Made by a program: the position numbers and the translations under genes
Virus record (IMG/VR): IMGVR_UViG_2703718804_000009
DNA from: a virus
Lineage: Duplodnaviria > Heunggongvirae > Uroviricota > Caudoviricetes
DNA length: 38,798 bases
Strand: one strand, 5' to 3'
Notes under the pieces: model-generated
Told to the model about the DNA's origin: nothing
Database searches by the model: none
What the model saw: only the letters and a program-made list of their open reading frames with translations
In this document: positions 8,226 to 15,915 of the stretch, piece by piece
How the letters are laid out: each line of letters starts with the position of its first letter
Numbering within the stretch: the first letter of the stretch is position 1

Positions 8226-8320
8226 TTAAATTTAGCACTGTTAAAAATTCGATCCTTAACCGGAGGGATTTCTGCACCCTCAGAACATCAGGAGGCCGCC
8301 CGAAAGGGCGGTAACAAATA

Positions 8321-8797
8321 ATGCAAGAAATCAAAGAAAATATCAGGCAACAGCTTTACGGGTTTTATATTGCTTATGATTTGTGGCTGAAGAACGGGGC
8401 AAAACCCGGCGGAGTGTTTTCTCAAAATTATGGTTTATGCGCCAATCTTTTCGATTATCTCACATTAATTGGTACCCCCTGTGAGGCAGCGCTGGAGCAA
8501 TTACACGCTGATTTCAGAAGTGCCGGGCTGAATGAGGCGTTGCCGTTTAACGAGGGTAAAGAGCATTACCATGAAGAAAGAGGGCACAACATGTGCCATA
8601 TGAATCCGGCACGAGTGGCGTGGGTCAGGGCGCAGACAGGGCAGCCAGCGCCGGAAGGACTGGTTAAAGCGGTGCGCTTCTATGAACAGGTTAAGCGTGA
8701 AAATCCGCCAGTCGAAACCGGAGCATGGAAAGACGCTGTTGACTGGGTTCTCGAAGAGGCTTGTCAGGCTGTAAACATTCGCATCAAAGGAGAGTGA
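8321..8797 (+). CDS. hypothetical protein (158 aa)
   Basis: Track ORF; the SD is separated from the ATG by a GNRA-loop hairpin; C-terminus IRIKGE is encoded by the junction repeat. Confidence 0.5.
   Translation: MQEIKENIRQQLYGFYIAYDLWLKNGAKPGGVFSQNYGLCANLFDYLTLIGTPCEAALEQLHADFRSAGLNEALPFNEGKEHYHEERGHNMCHMNPARVAWVRAQTGQPAPEGLVKAVRFYEQVKRENPPVETGAWKDAVDWVLEEACQAVNIRIKGE
8776..8794 (+). repeat. gene-junction repeat copy 2 (CATTCGCATCAAAGGAGAG)
   Basis: 19-mer identical to the cores of copies 1 and 3; followed by TGA then an ATG at 8800. Confidence 0.8.
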
Positions 8798-8849
8798 GAA
8801 TGCAAATAACAGCGCGCTTTATGGTGCTGTCTGGCGAGCAGCAAAAGCT

Positions 8850-9077
8850 ATGGGTTATCAACGTTGTATTACGTACACCCAGGCAGATGAATCAGGAGCA
8901 TCTCTTCGCGCAGCTGGTTTTGTTCGTGTGAAAGAGCTTCCTCCAAGAAAAAGCTGGGCGGAATCAAGCGTCGCCTTGCGGAGTAAACGCGATCCGGTCG
9001 GAAACGGTGGTGTTCCTCGTGTGCTCTGGGAAATCAGGAGAATGAGTACCACTGGCATTCGCATCAAAGGAGAGTGA
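8850..9077 (+). CDS. hypothetical protein; possibly frameshifted, because the expected start at 8800 is in a different frame
   Basis: Track ORF; the ATG at 8800 has a perfect repeat-derived SD but that frame stops after 45 codons, while the 8850 frame has no SD and stays open upstream with protein-like sequence. Confidence 0.35.
   Translation: MGYQRCITYTQADESGASLRAAGFVRVKELPPRKSWAESSVALRSKRDPVGNGGVPRVLWEIRRMSTTGIRIKGE
9052..9074 (+). repeat. gene-junction repeat copy 3 (CTGGCATTCGCATCAAAGGAGAG)
   Basis: Identical to copy 1; followed by TGA then the ATG at 9079. Confidence 0.8.
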
Positions 9078-9078
9078 T

Positions 9079-9342
9079 ATGGCAACTTTGACAAAAAAGG
9101 AACAGGCATGGTTGAGCGAATTACAGAACGTTCTTGATCGCTGCCCGTCACCGAAAAAAATTGGTTTTTACACCATTGGCGATAAAAGCATTTACCTGTA
9201 TGACCTACGCCGCATGGATGAAATCATGGAGGCTCTTGATAATCGTTCGTCAATGGATTGGTGTGTTGCTGTCCATGATATGAATGCCGGATTTGATGAA
9301 AAGATTTTATTCCCCTCATCAGTTGAAAGCACAGCAGGATAA
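9079..9342 (+). CDS. hypothetical protein (87 aa)
   Basis: Track ORF with a repeat-derived SD. Confidence 0.5.
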   Translation: MATLTKKEQAWLSELQNVLDRCPSPKKIGFYTIGDKSIYLYDLRRMDEIMEALDNRSSMDWCVAVHDMNAGFDEKILFPSSVESTAG

Positions 9343-9352
9343 GGATTAACAC

Positions 9353-10177
9353 ATGACCACTATTACCAAAGAACGTATTGAATTGTTCATTAAAAATCCG
9401 CTTGAAAACGGGCTTGCCCGTGGCGAACAAATGGAACTGGCGCAGATTGCACTGGCCTCACTGGCAGCAGAGCCGGTGGCGTGGAAGGCAACCTTCACGC
9501 AAATTGACCATGAATATAATACGTTCACCGCTATGTATTCTGACAAAGCAGAAGTCGAACGGTGGGTGCGACTGCATAAAGTAGGTGATTTTCGGGCAAA
9601 AATAACACCACTTTATGCATCATCGCCAGCGCTGGTAGTGCCTGATAAGTTGCCGCGTGAATACATAAGAGGTTGGCCTCTTGCGTATAGTGATTATGCT
9701 GAAGGATGGAACGATTGCCGCGAAGCCATGCTTCAGTCAGGAAACTTTCGGGAAAACAAGGATTCGTCAACCAATAATTTTCGGGAAATTTCGGAAACGT
9801 CAACCAACTCTCCGCTAATTCCTGGTGAAGTGTTGTCCGCAATCCGGGAGGTTGCCAGGATTCGTGCCGATTTCGATGATTTTGACGGTGACAGGCGAGG
9901 TGTTGGTGATTGTCTGGATGAGGCCGAGCAAGAGCTTATCGTTACCATTAACAAATATGCCAGTCAGTTGGCAGTAGAGCCGGTAGTACCTGATGACGTT
10001 CTGGAACAGACAGTAGCGTCGCCAGTGCCAGGTAACCAGGTTAGCGAATTAACAATGTGGGTTAAGCGTCTGGCTCACTCCTTAAAGTACGCCAATAGTT
10101 TAAGCAGCTTGCCTGATAAGGCGATGGAATATCTGAAGCAGAACGGGTTGGTAGGTGTGGAGGATATTTTACGATGA
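9353..10177 (+). CDS. hypothetical protein (274 aa)
   Basis: Track ORF; contains an internal imperfect 29-bp direct repeat at 9745-9806. Confidence 0.5.
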   Translation: MTTITKERIELFIKNPLENGLARGEQMELAQIALASLAAEPVAWKATFTQIDHEYNTFTAMYSDKAEVERWVRLHKVGDFRAKITPLYASSPALVVPDKLPREYIRGWPLAYSDYAEGWNDCREAMLQSGNFRENKDSSTNNFREISETSTNSPLIPGEVLSAIREVARIRADFDDFDGDRRGVGDCLDEAEQELIVTINKYASQLAVEPVVPDDVLEQTVASPVPGNQVSELTMWVKRLAHSLKYANSLSSLPDKAMEYLKQNGLVGVEDILR

Positions 10178-10277
10178 CCTGGCCTGAAGCATTCGCAACG
10201 GTAGGAATGGTGATGGCGGTGGCGCTGGTGGTGTATTCGATTTGCCGTTGGGGTTAACAAACAAAAACCCCGGATTG

Positions 10278-10303
10278 ATGGTCCGGGGTTTTTGAAGGAA
10301 ACA
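10278..10303 (+). terminator. intrinsic terminator
   Basis: CCCCGG / CCGGGG stem followed by TTTTT. Confidence 0.6.
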
Positions 10304-10631
10304 AAACAGAAACAACAATTGCCGTTACCTGTTGTTACCATGGCAAGTAAACGTATCTCAGGCGAGCGCATTGCGCCGTTCTGACGCAGATAAATTAGCC
10401 TGGATAGAAGGTGCTGGCAATAAAAAATAGCGTTTTCTTATCGGTGTCGGTAAGATTGCTGCGGGTGCTTGAGGCTGTCTGCCTCAGGCATGCCACTGTA
10501 AGGCAGACAGAGAAAAGCCCCAGTTAACATTACGCGTCCGGCAAGACGCTTAACATTAATCTGAGGCTCAATCTATGAACGGCAAATCTAGGTTAGCCTC
10601 TTACGCGCCGAAAGGCAAGGAGAAGCAGGCT

Positions 10632-10787
10632 ATGAAGCAGCAAAAGGCGATGTTAGTCGCCCTGATCGTCATCTGTATTACCGTCATTGTGACGGCACTG
10701 GTAACGAGGAAAGACCTCTGCGAGGTACGAATCCGAACCGGCCAGACGGAGGTCACTGTCTTCACAGCTTACGAACCTGAGGAGTAA
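10632..10787 (+). CDS. hokD: Hok/Gef-family type I toxin (51 aa), near-identical to HokD/RelF as recalled
   Basis: MKQQKAMLVALIVICITVIVTALVTRKDLCEVRIRTGQTEVTVFTAYEPEE; AAGGAG SD 9 nt upstream; structured leader; an in-frame upstream ATG at 10575 gives the 70-aa track ORF. Confidence 0.85.
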   Translation: MKQQKAMLVALIVICITVIVTALVTRKDLCEVRIRTGQTEVTVFTAYEPEE

Positions 10788-10930
10788 GAGACCAGGCGGG
10801 GGAGAAATCCCTCGCCACCTCTGATGTGTCAGGCATCCTCAACGCACCCGCACTTAACCCGCTTCGGCGTTTTTTCCGTTGATTAACTCTAGTTATTAGA
10901 GAATCGAACTTTTATTGATGGGGCAGGGAG

Positions 10931-11323
10931 ATGAAGAAACTTGTTTTAGTCGCAGGTGTAATGATGGCAACAGTAATGTTGGGAGGGTGTGCAGCAAAGG
11001 TCGATCCAGCGTTGAAAGCAGAAGCAATGAAGCCACTAACATGTAATGATGAAAAGCAATGTGACTTTTATTGGAAACGAGCGCAATTCTGGTTGGCTAA
11101 TAATTCCTCATGGAAAATTCAAACGGCGACAGACACGCTAATTTCCACTTATAATCCCTCACCAAATAGTCCATTCCTCGCTTATCAAGTGAGTAAAATG
11201 CCAAATGAAGATGGATCCTCAAGAATTTTCATCAAGCCTTTTTGCGATAATATGTTTGGCTGTCAACCAAACCCCTATCAGGCAATTGTTTCCTTTAAAA
11301 ACTTCGTTAAAACTGGGCAGTAA
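10931..11323 (+). CDS. putative lipoprotein (130 aa), moron
   Basis: Signal peptide plus lipobox (VMLGGC); AT-rich coding sequence; flanked by terminator-like hairpins. Confidence 0.6.
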   Translation: MKKLVLVAGVMMATVMLGGCAAKVDPALKAEAMKPLTCNDEKQCDFYWKRAQFWLANNSSWKIQTATDTLISTYNPSPNSPFLAYQVSKMPNEDGSSRIFIKPFCDNMFGCQPNPYQAIVSFKNFVKTGQ

Positions 11324-11452
11324 TGTATAGCGGGACGGTAAATTATTAGTGAAAACGCTGTAAACCCTATGGATTGAGTCAGGATTTAATCCGATAATTA
11401 TTCTATCGTTCGTTTACAAGTTCGGCATATTACCTTCAGTTTGTTTTAGCAT

Positions 11453-11480
11453 ACCCGCTTCGGCGGGTTTTGTTTTTTTC
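11453..11480 (+). terminator. intrinsic terminator
   Basis: CCCGCTTCGGCGGG hairpin followed by a T-rich run. Confidence 0.65.
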
Positions 11481-11550
11481 TGGCATTCTGGTTTACAATA
11501 CGCATGCCAGCCTGAACAACTGGCACCTGCTGCGCCAGCAGAGACAACCG

Positions 11551-11823
11551 ATGGCGCACAATACCAAACATCACAATTCTGATACCGACCTTGCCAGCAG
11601 GCACGGGCTGCGTTCTCACGCATTCAAATATGACTGGTATCAGCACGATCCCTGCACTGAAGAACAGGCCGAATGGCTGATTCATAACTACCGCAGACGT
11701 GGGTATGAGTTTAAGAAAGCCCTTAGCCTCGACTACCGTCACTGGATAATCTACGTCAGGTTCCCTTACTCCGAACAGCCACCGCGTTCATCCCGCACAT
11801 ACCAGCAACGGATCTGGAGGTAA
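11551..11823 (+). CDS. hypothetical protein (about 90 aa)
   Basis: First ATG in track ORF 11470..11823 (the track start is TTG inside the terminator T-run); weak SD. Confidence 0.4.
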   Translation: MAHNTKHHNSDTDLASRHGLRSHAFKYDWYQHDPCTEEQAEWLIHNYRRRGYEFKKALSLDYRHWIIYVRFPYSEQPPRSSRTYQQRIWR

Positions 11824-11824
11824 C

Positions 11825-12883
11825 GTGCGGGTATTACTTAGACCTGTTCTGGTGCCGGAACTCGGGCTGGTGGTCCTTAAGCCAGGTCGTGAATCCATGC
11901 AGGTATTTCACAATCCTCGAGTGCTCGTGGAGCCGGAACCGAAAAGCATGTGCGGCCTGCCATCCGGAGTCGTCCCTGCCGTTCGCCAGCCGCTGGCGGA
12001 GGATAAATCATTACTGCCATTTTTCAGCGATGATCGGGTGATTCGTGCTGCTGGCGGCGCTGGGGCACTGTCTGACTGGCTGTTGCGTCATGTCAAATCC
12101 TGCCAGTGGCCTCATGGTGACTATCATCACAGTGAAACCGTCATTCACCGTTATGGTACCGGCGCGATGGTGTTGTGCTGGCACTGCGACAACCAGCTTC
12201 GTGACCAGACATCAGAATCGCTGGAGCTGCTTGCTCAACAAAATCTGACAGCCTGGATGATTGATGTCATCCGCCATGCAATAAGCGGTGCGCAGGAGCG
12301 CGAATTATCTCTGGCTGAATTATCCTGGTGGGCGGTCTGCAATCAGGTGGCTGATGCGCTTCCGGAGTCTGTATTGTGTCGTTCACTGGGATTACCGGTG
12401 GAAAAAATCCGCTCCGTATACCGTGAGAGTGACATCGTACCGGGAGAACAGACTGCCACCAGCATACTGAAGCAGCGCACAAAAAATATTGCGCTGCCAC
12501 TTCACGTCCACCAGCAACAGCCCCCACTCCAGGAAAAGACGTTAGTAAGCATCGCCGTTGATCCGGAGTCTCCGGCTCAGTATCTCCAGCGCCAGAAACC
12601 ACAACGGGAAGAGATGCCTGTATACACGCGCTGGGTAAAAACACAGAAGTGCATGACGTGCGGCAATCAGGCAGATGATCCGCATCACATCATTGGTCAT
12701 GGACTGGGAGGGATGGGAACAAAGGCTGACGATTTGTTTGTTATTCCGCTGTGCCGTAAATGCCATAACGAACTGCATGCCGGGGTAAAAGAATTTGAAG
12801 CGAAACACGGCAGTCAGTTGGTGCTACTGATTCGTTTTTTAATACACGCGAGAAATTCGGGTGTCCTGAAGTGGAAAGCATGA
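11825..12883 (+). CDS. DUF968/YdfU-like protein with C-terminal HNH-like Zn-binding motif
   Basis: Track ORF (GTG start, GGAGG SD); C-terminus CMTCGN...HHIIGHG...CRKCHNELH; sits upstream of rusA as in Qin-type prophages (from memory). Confidence 0.6.
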   Translation: MRVLLRPVLVPELGLVVLKPGRESMQVFHNPRVLVEPEPKSMCGLPSGVVPAVRQPLAEDKSLLPFFSDDRVIRAAGGAGALSDWLLRHVKSCQWPHGDYHHSETVIHRYGTGAMVLCWHCDNQLRDQTSESLELLAQQNLTAWMIDVIRHAISGAQERELSLAELSWWAVCNQVADALPESVLCRSLGLPVEKIRSVYRESDIVPGEQTATSILKQRTKNIALPLHVHQQQPPLQEKTLVSIAVDPESPAQYLQRQKPQREEMPVYTRWVKTQKCMTCGNQADDPHHIIGHGLGGMGTKADDLFVIPLCRKCHNELHAGVKEFEAKHGSQLVLLIRFLIHARNSGVLKWKA

Positions 12884-13249
12884 ATGACTGAACGCATAGA
12901 ATTTGTTTTGCCTTACCCGCCGACGGTGAATACCTACTGGCGACGTCATGGCAATACGTATTTCATCTCGGAAGCCGGAAAGCGTTATCGCCGTGATGTG
13001 GCGCTAATTGTTCGCCAGCAGCGGTTGAAATTAAACCTGTCCGGAAGGCTGGCGATAAAGATTATTGCAGAGCCACCGGATAAGCGCCGTCGTGACCTGG
13101 ACAATATCCTGAAAGCACCACTGGATGCGCTGACGCATGCCGGACTACTCATAGACGACGAGCAGTTTGATGAAATCAATATTGTGCGCGGTCAGCTCGT
13201 TCCTGGTGGGCGGCTGGGGATAAAAATCACAGAACTGGAGTGCGCATGA
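12884..13249 (+). CDS. rusA: RusA Holliday-junction resolvase
   Basis: 121 aa; MTERIEFVLPYPPTVNTYWRR N-terminus typical of RusA; position before Q. Confidence 0.85.
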   Translation: MTERIEFVLPYPPTVNTYWRRHGNTYFISEAGKRYRRDVALIVRQQRLKLNLSGRLAIKIIAEPPDKRRRDLDNILKAPLDALTHAGLLIDDEQFDEINIVRGQLVPGGRLGIKITELECA

Positions 13250-13935
13250 ATAACCAGTATTTACAGTTTGTGCGTGAGCAGCTCATTATCGCCACCGCTG
13301 ATTTGAGTGGGGCAACAAAAGGTCAGCTTGAAGCCTGGCAGGAGAATGCCATGTTCGATACAGGGCGTTACAGGCGAAAAAAAATCCGGTACCGCGATGA
13401 AGTGACTGGAAAAATGATAACGCGGGATAATCCACCAATCCCGGGAAAACAATCACTGGCGAATGGCTCATCAATTGCCCTGGTCAGCCCGGTTGAGTTT
13501 TCGACATCATCATGGCGGCGGGCTTTGCTGTCTCTTGAAGAGCATCATAAAGCCTGGTTGTTGTGGTGTTACGGCGAGAGTATTTGTTGGGAATATCAGA
13601 TCGCGATAACACAGTGGGCGTGGAATGAATTTAATACTCAATCAGGTACCAGAAAAATTGCAGGGAAAACGCAGGAACGCCTGAAAAAATTAATCTGGCT
13701 GGCGGCGCAGGCAGTAAAAGCAGAACTTTTTGGTGGGGAAGGTTATGAATACCAGGAGCTGGCATTACTGGCGGGAGTGACAACTAAAAACTGGTCCAAA
13801 ACATTTACTCGTCACTGGGTTGCAATGAAACACATTTTTCAACGACTGGATAGTGAGGCTTTATTGTTTGTAATGAGAACACGTTCAAAACAAAAGGCGG
13901 CATTTTCAAAGCAAAGTGTTGCAAAAGTAGATTGA
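13246..13935 (+). CDS. late-gene antiterminator Q-like protein
   Basis: ATGA overlap with the rusA stop; immediately upstream of a candidate late promoter/terminator, the tRNAs and the lysis cassette. Confidence 0.6.
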   Translation: MNNQYLQFVREQLIIATADLSGATKGQLEAWQENAMFDTGRYRRKKIRYRDEVTGKMITRDNPPIPGKQSLANGSSIALVSPVEFSTSSWRRALLSLEEHHKAWLLWCYGESICWEYQIAITQWAWNEFNTQSGTRKIAGKTQERLKKLIWLAAQAVKAELFGGEGYEYQELALLAGVTTKNWSKTFTRHWVAMKHIFQRLDSEALLFVMRTRSKQKAAFSKQSVAKVD

Positions 13936-13947
13936 AAGGCATATATT
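13919..13947 (+). promoter_or_regulatory. candidate late promoter pR' (TTGCAA-17-TATATT)
   Basis: Hexamers read directly; overlaps the end of the Q-like gene; a terminator follows about 55 nt downstream. Confidence 0.4.
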
Positions 13948-14001
13948 TCATGCAAATCTGATATTTTGCCGATTTTGTACGTGATGGCAAAAGCAAACAA
14001 A

Positions 14002-14025
14002 ACCCGCCCACAAGCGGGTTTTTTT
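14002..14025 (+). terminator. candidate tR' intrinsic terminator
   Basis: ACCCGC...GCGGGT hairpin followed by T7. Confidence 0.6.
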
Positions 14026-14106
14026 GTGCCACTTATCTCGGATAGAAATGGTGAATGCGCTGGTGGAGGAGCTAAGGGTGATTTTTAACCAGGTGATTTT
14101 TGAATG

Positions 14107-14135
14107 CTTGCAACATTGATTTCGTAACGTTATTA
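14107..14135 (+). promoter_or_regulatory. candidate sigma70 promoter for the tRNA cluster (TTGCAA-17-TATTAT)
   Basis: Near-consensus hexamers with 17-bp spacing; predicted start site about 1-2 nt before tRNA 1. Confidence 0.5.
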
Positions 14136-14143
14136 TCCTGCGC

Positions 14144-14219
14144 CGGCCCTTTAGCTCAGTGGTGAGAGCGAGCGACTCATAATCGCCAGGTCGCTGGTTC
14201 AAATCCAGCAAGGGCCACC
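14144..14219 (+). tRNA. tRNA with CAT anticodon, most similar to tRNA-Ile2 (lysidine, AUA-decoding; ileX/ileZ-like); tRNA-Met not excluded
   Basis: Hand-folded cloverleaf: 7-bp acceptor stem, GCTC/GAGC D-stem, CTCATAA anticodon loop, perfect T-arm (GCTGG TTCAAAT CCAGC), CCA end. Confidence 0.7.
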
Positions 14220-14220
14220 A

Positions 14221-14297
14221 ACCGCCACTAGCTCATCAGGAAAGAGCGTCAACCCTTTAAGTTGAGTGTGCGAGGTTCGAGTCCCCGGTGGCGGTCC
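14221..14297 (+). tRNA. tRNA-like gene, atypical; predicted anticodon UUU (Lys) with C at position 33 and one T-stem mismatch; possible pseudo-tRNA
   Basis: Hand-folded: 7-bp acceptor stem (CCGCCAC/GTGGCGG), D-stem GCTC/GAGC, anticodon stem TCAAC/GTTGA with loop CCTTTAA, TTCGAGT T-loop, CCA end. Confidence 0.4.
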
Positions 14298-14299
14298 AG

Positions 14300-14375
<76 letters not shown>

Positions 14376-14378
14376 ATA

Positions 14379-14454
<76 letters not shown>

Positions 14455-14661
14455 GTTAGAGTCTTTCAGTCTGCGATGATGGGAAATCCCGGAGTGACTG
14501 AAAGACGTTTAAGTTATGAATGATCGCCTTTTTTTGCAAAATTGCTGTGCAGAAATACTAACCTTCGGGCAGGCGATCATTCATAAGCACTCTGCTTTTA
14601 TTCCGATTAACTGTGGGTGGTTTGTTGGATAGAGTGCTTTCCTTTCTGTATATATCGTTTC

Positions 14662-14685
14662 GCCCGCTTTTGCGGGTTTTTCTTT
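14662..14685 (+). terminator. intrinsic terminator upstream of the holin gene
   Basis: CCCGC-TTTT-GCGGG hairpin followed by TTTTT. Confidence 0.6.
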
Positions 14686-14746
14686 TCAAATCCCTTTCAT
14701 TTCTCAGTGTAAAACTACGCCATCCGTTATTTGCGGAGGTGAGGCT

Positions 14747-14962
14747 ATGAAATCCATGGACAAAATTTCAACGGGCATTGCCTATGGCACCTCCGCAGGC
14801 AGTGCTGGCTACTGGTTTTTACAGTGGCTTGATCAGGTCAGTCCGTCACAGTGGGCTGCGATTGGTGTGCTGGGGAGTCTGGTTCTGGGCTTCCTGACTT
14901 ATCTGACAAATCTGTACTTCAAAATCAGAGAAGACAAGCGTAAGGCTGCACGGGGAGAGTAA
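14747..14962 (+). CDS. class II holin / pinholin (phage 21 S21-like, 71 aa) with dual-start motif MKSM
   Basis: [30 protein letters not shown]... matches S21 as recalled; GGAGGTGAGG SD. Confidence 0.85.
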   Translation: MKSMDKISTGIAYGTSAGSAGYWFLQWLDQVSPSQWAAIGVLGSLVLGFLTYLTNLYFKIREDKRKAARGE

Positions 14963-14966
14963 TTCA

Positions 14967-15318
14967 ATGACTCAAAACTATGAACTGATTGTGAAAGGGA
15001 TCCGCAATTTTGAGAATAAAGTTACGGTAACTTTAGCGTTACGGGACAAAAAAACGCTTTGACGGTGAAATTTTTGACCTGGACATCTCGCTGGACCGTG
15101 TTGAAGGTGCCGCGCTGGAGTTTTATGAGGCAGCAGCCAGAAGGAGCATCAGACAGGTCTTCCTGGATGTTGCTGCCGGGTTATGTGAAGGGGATGAGCA
15201 GTCGCCGGAAAAGCGCCCCGTAATTTTAGATGCGCAGAATGTGTGGATAACCTACAAAGGAAAGCTACCAGGAAGAATTACTGGTTCTCTGAAGACTCCT
15301 CCGGAATCACAACCTTAA
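14967..15318 (+). pseudogene. YdfR-like (DUF1327) gene interrupted by a +1 frameshift in an A7 tract (15048-15054)
   Basis: ATG at 14967 reads MTQNYELIVKGIRNFENKVTVTLALRDKKTL then stops at 15060-15062; the +1 frame continues DGEIFDLDISLDRVEGAALEFYEAAARR... to a TAA at 15316-15318. Removing one A restores a single ORF of about 116 aa. The holin / ydfR / lysozyme order matches Qin (from memory). Confidence 0.55.
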
Positions 15319-15381
15319 GTCACTGACCGGAACAGATAAACCTGTCCGTGGGCAGAAACCGATAAATCCTGATAAATATCC

Positions 15382-15915
15382 ATGAACGCAAAAATCAGAT
15401 ACGGCCTGTCGGCTGCCGTTCTGACACTGATTGCCGTCGGTGCGCCCGCGCCTGATATTCTCGACCAGTTTCTGGATGAAAAAGAGGGTAACCACACAAC
15501 GGCATACCGCGATGGGTCCGGCATCTGGACCATCTGTCGGGGTGCCACGATGGTGGATGGAAAACCCGTTTTTCCCGGTATGAAACTGTCGAAGGAAAAA
15601 TGCGACCAGGTCAACGCCATTGAGCGTGATAAGGCGCTGGCATGGGTGGAGCGCAATATTAAAGTACCACTGACCGAACCACAAAAAGCGGGTATCGCGT
15701 CATTTTGTCCCTATAACATTGGCCCCGGTAAGTGTTTTCCGTCGACGTTTTATAAGCGGCTGAATGCCGGTGATCGTAAGGGCGCATGCGAGGCGATTCG
15801 CTGGTGGATAAAAGATGGTGGGCGCGATTGCCGCATACGTTCAAATAACTGCTATGGACAGGTTATTCGTCGTGACCAGGAAAGCGCATTAGCCTGTTGG
15901 GGGATAGATCAGTGA
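15382..15915 (+). CDS. SAR endolysin (phage 21 R21-like lysozyme)
   Basis: 177 aa; weakly hydrophobic Gly/Ala-rich N-terminal signal-anchor-release segment; position after the pinholin. Confidence 0.8.
   Translation: MNAKIRYGLSAAVLTLIAVGAPAPDILDQFLDEKEGNHTTAYRDGSGIWTICRGATMVDGKPVFPGMKLSKEKCDQVNAIERDKALAWVERNIKVPLTEPQKAGIASFCPYNIGPGKCFPSTFYKRLNAGDRKGACEAIRWWIKDGGRDCRIRSNNCYGQVIRRDQESALACWGIDQ

Noticed and set aside
6400-9074. CRISPR array hypothesis for the iterons and junction repeats
   Set aside because: The iterons are 5-6 bp motifs at 10-bp phasing inside a coding gene, and the 19-23 bp junction repeats are separated by whole genes (276-934 bp), not by spacers of uniform length; no cas genes are present.
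10175-10258. 27-aa hydrophobic ORF (MTWPEAFATVGMVMAVALVVYSICRWG) overlapping the stop of the 274-aa gene
   Set aside because: Plausible small membrane peptide with an ATGA overlap, but too short to support without conservation or expression data.
13948-14211. 87-aa minus-strand ORF overlapping tRNA 1 and the tR' region
   Set aside because: It is the antisense translation of a tRNA gene and terminator; no SD and not protein-like.
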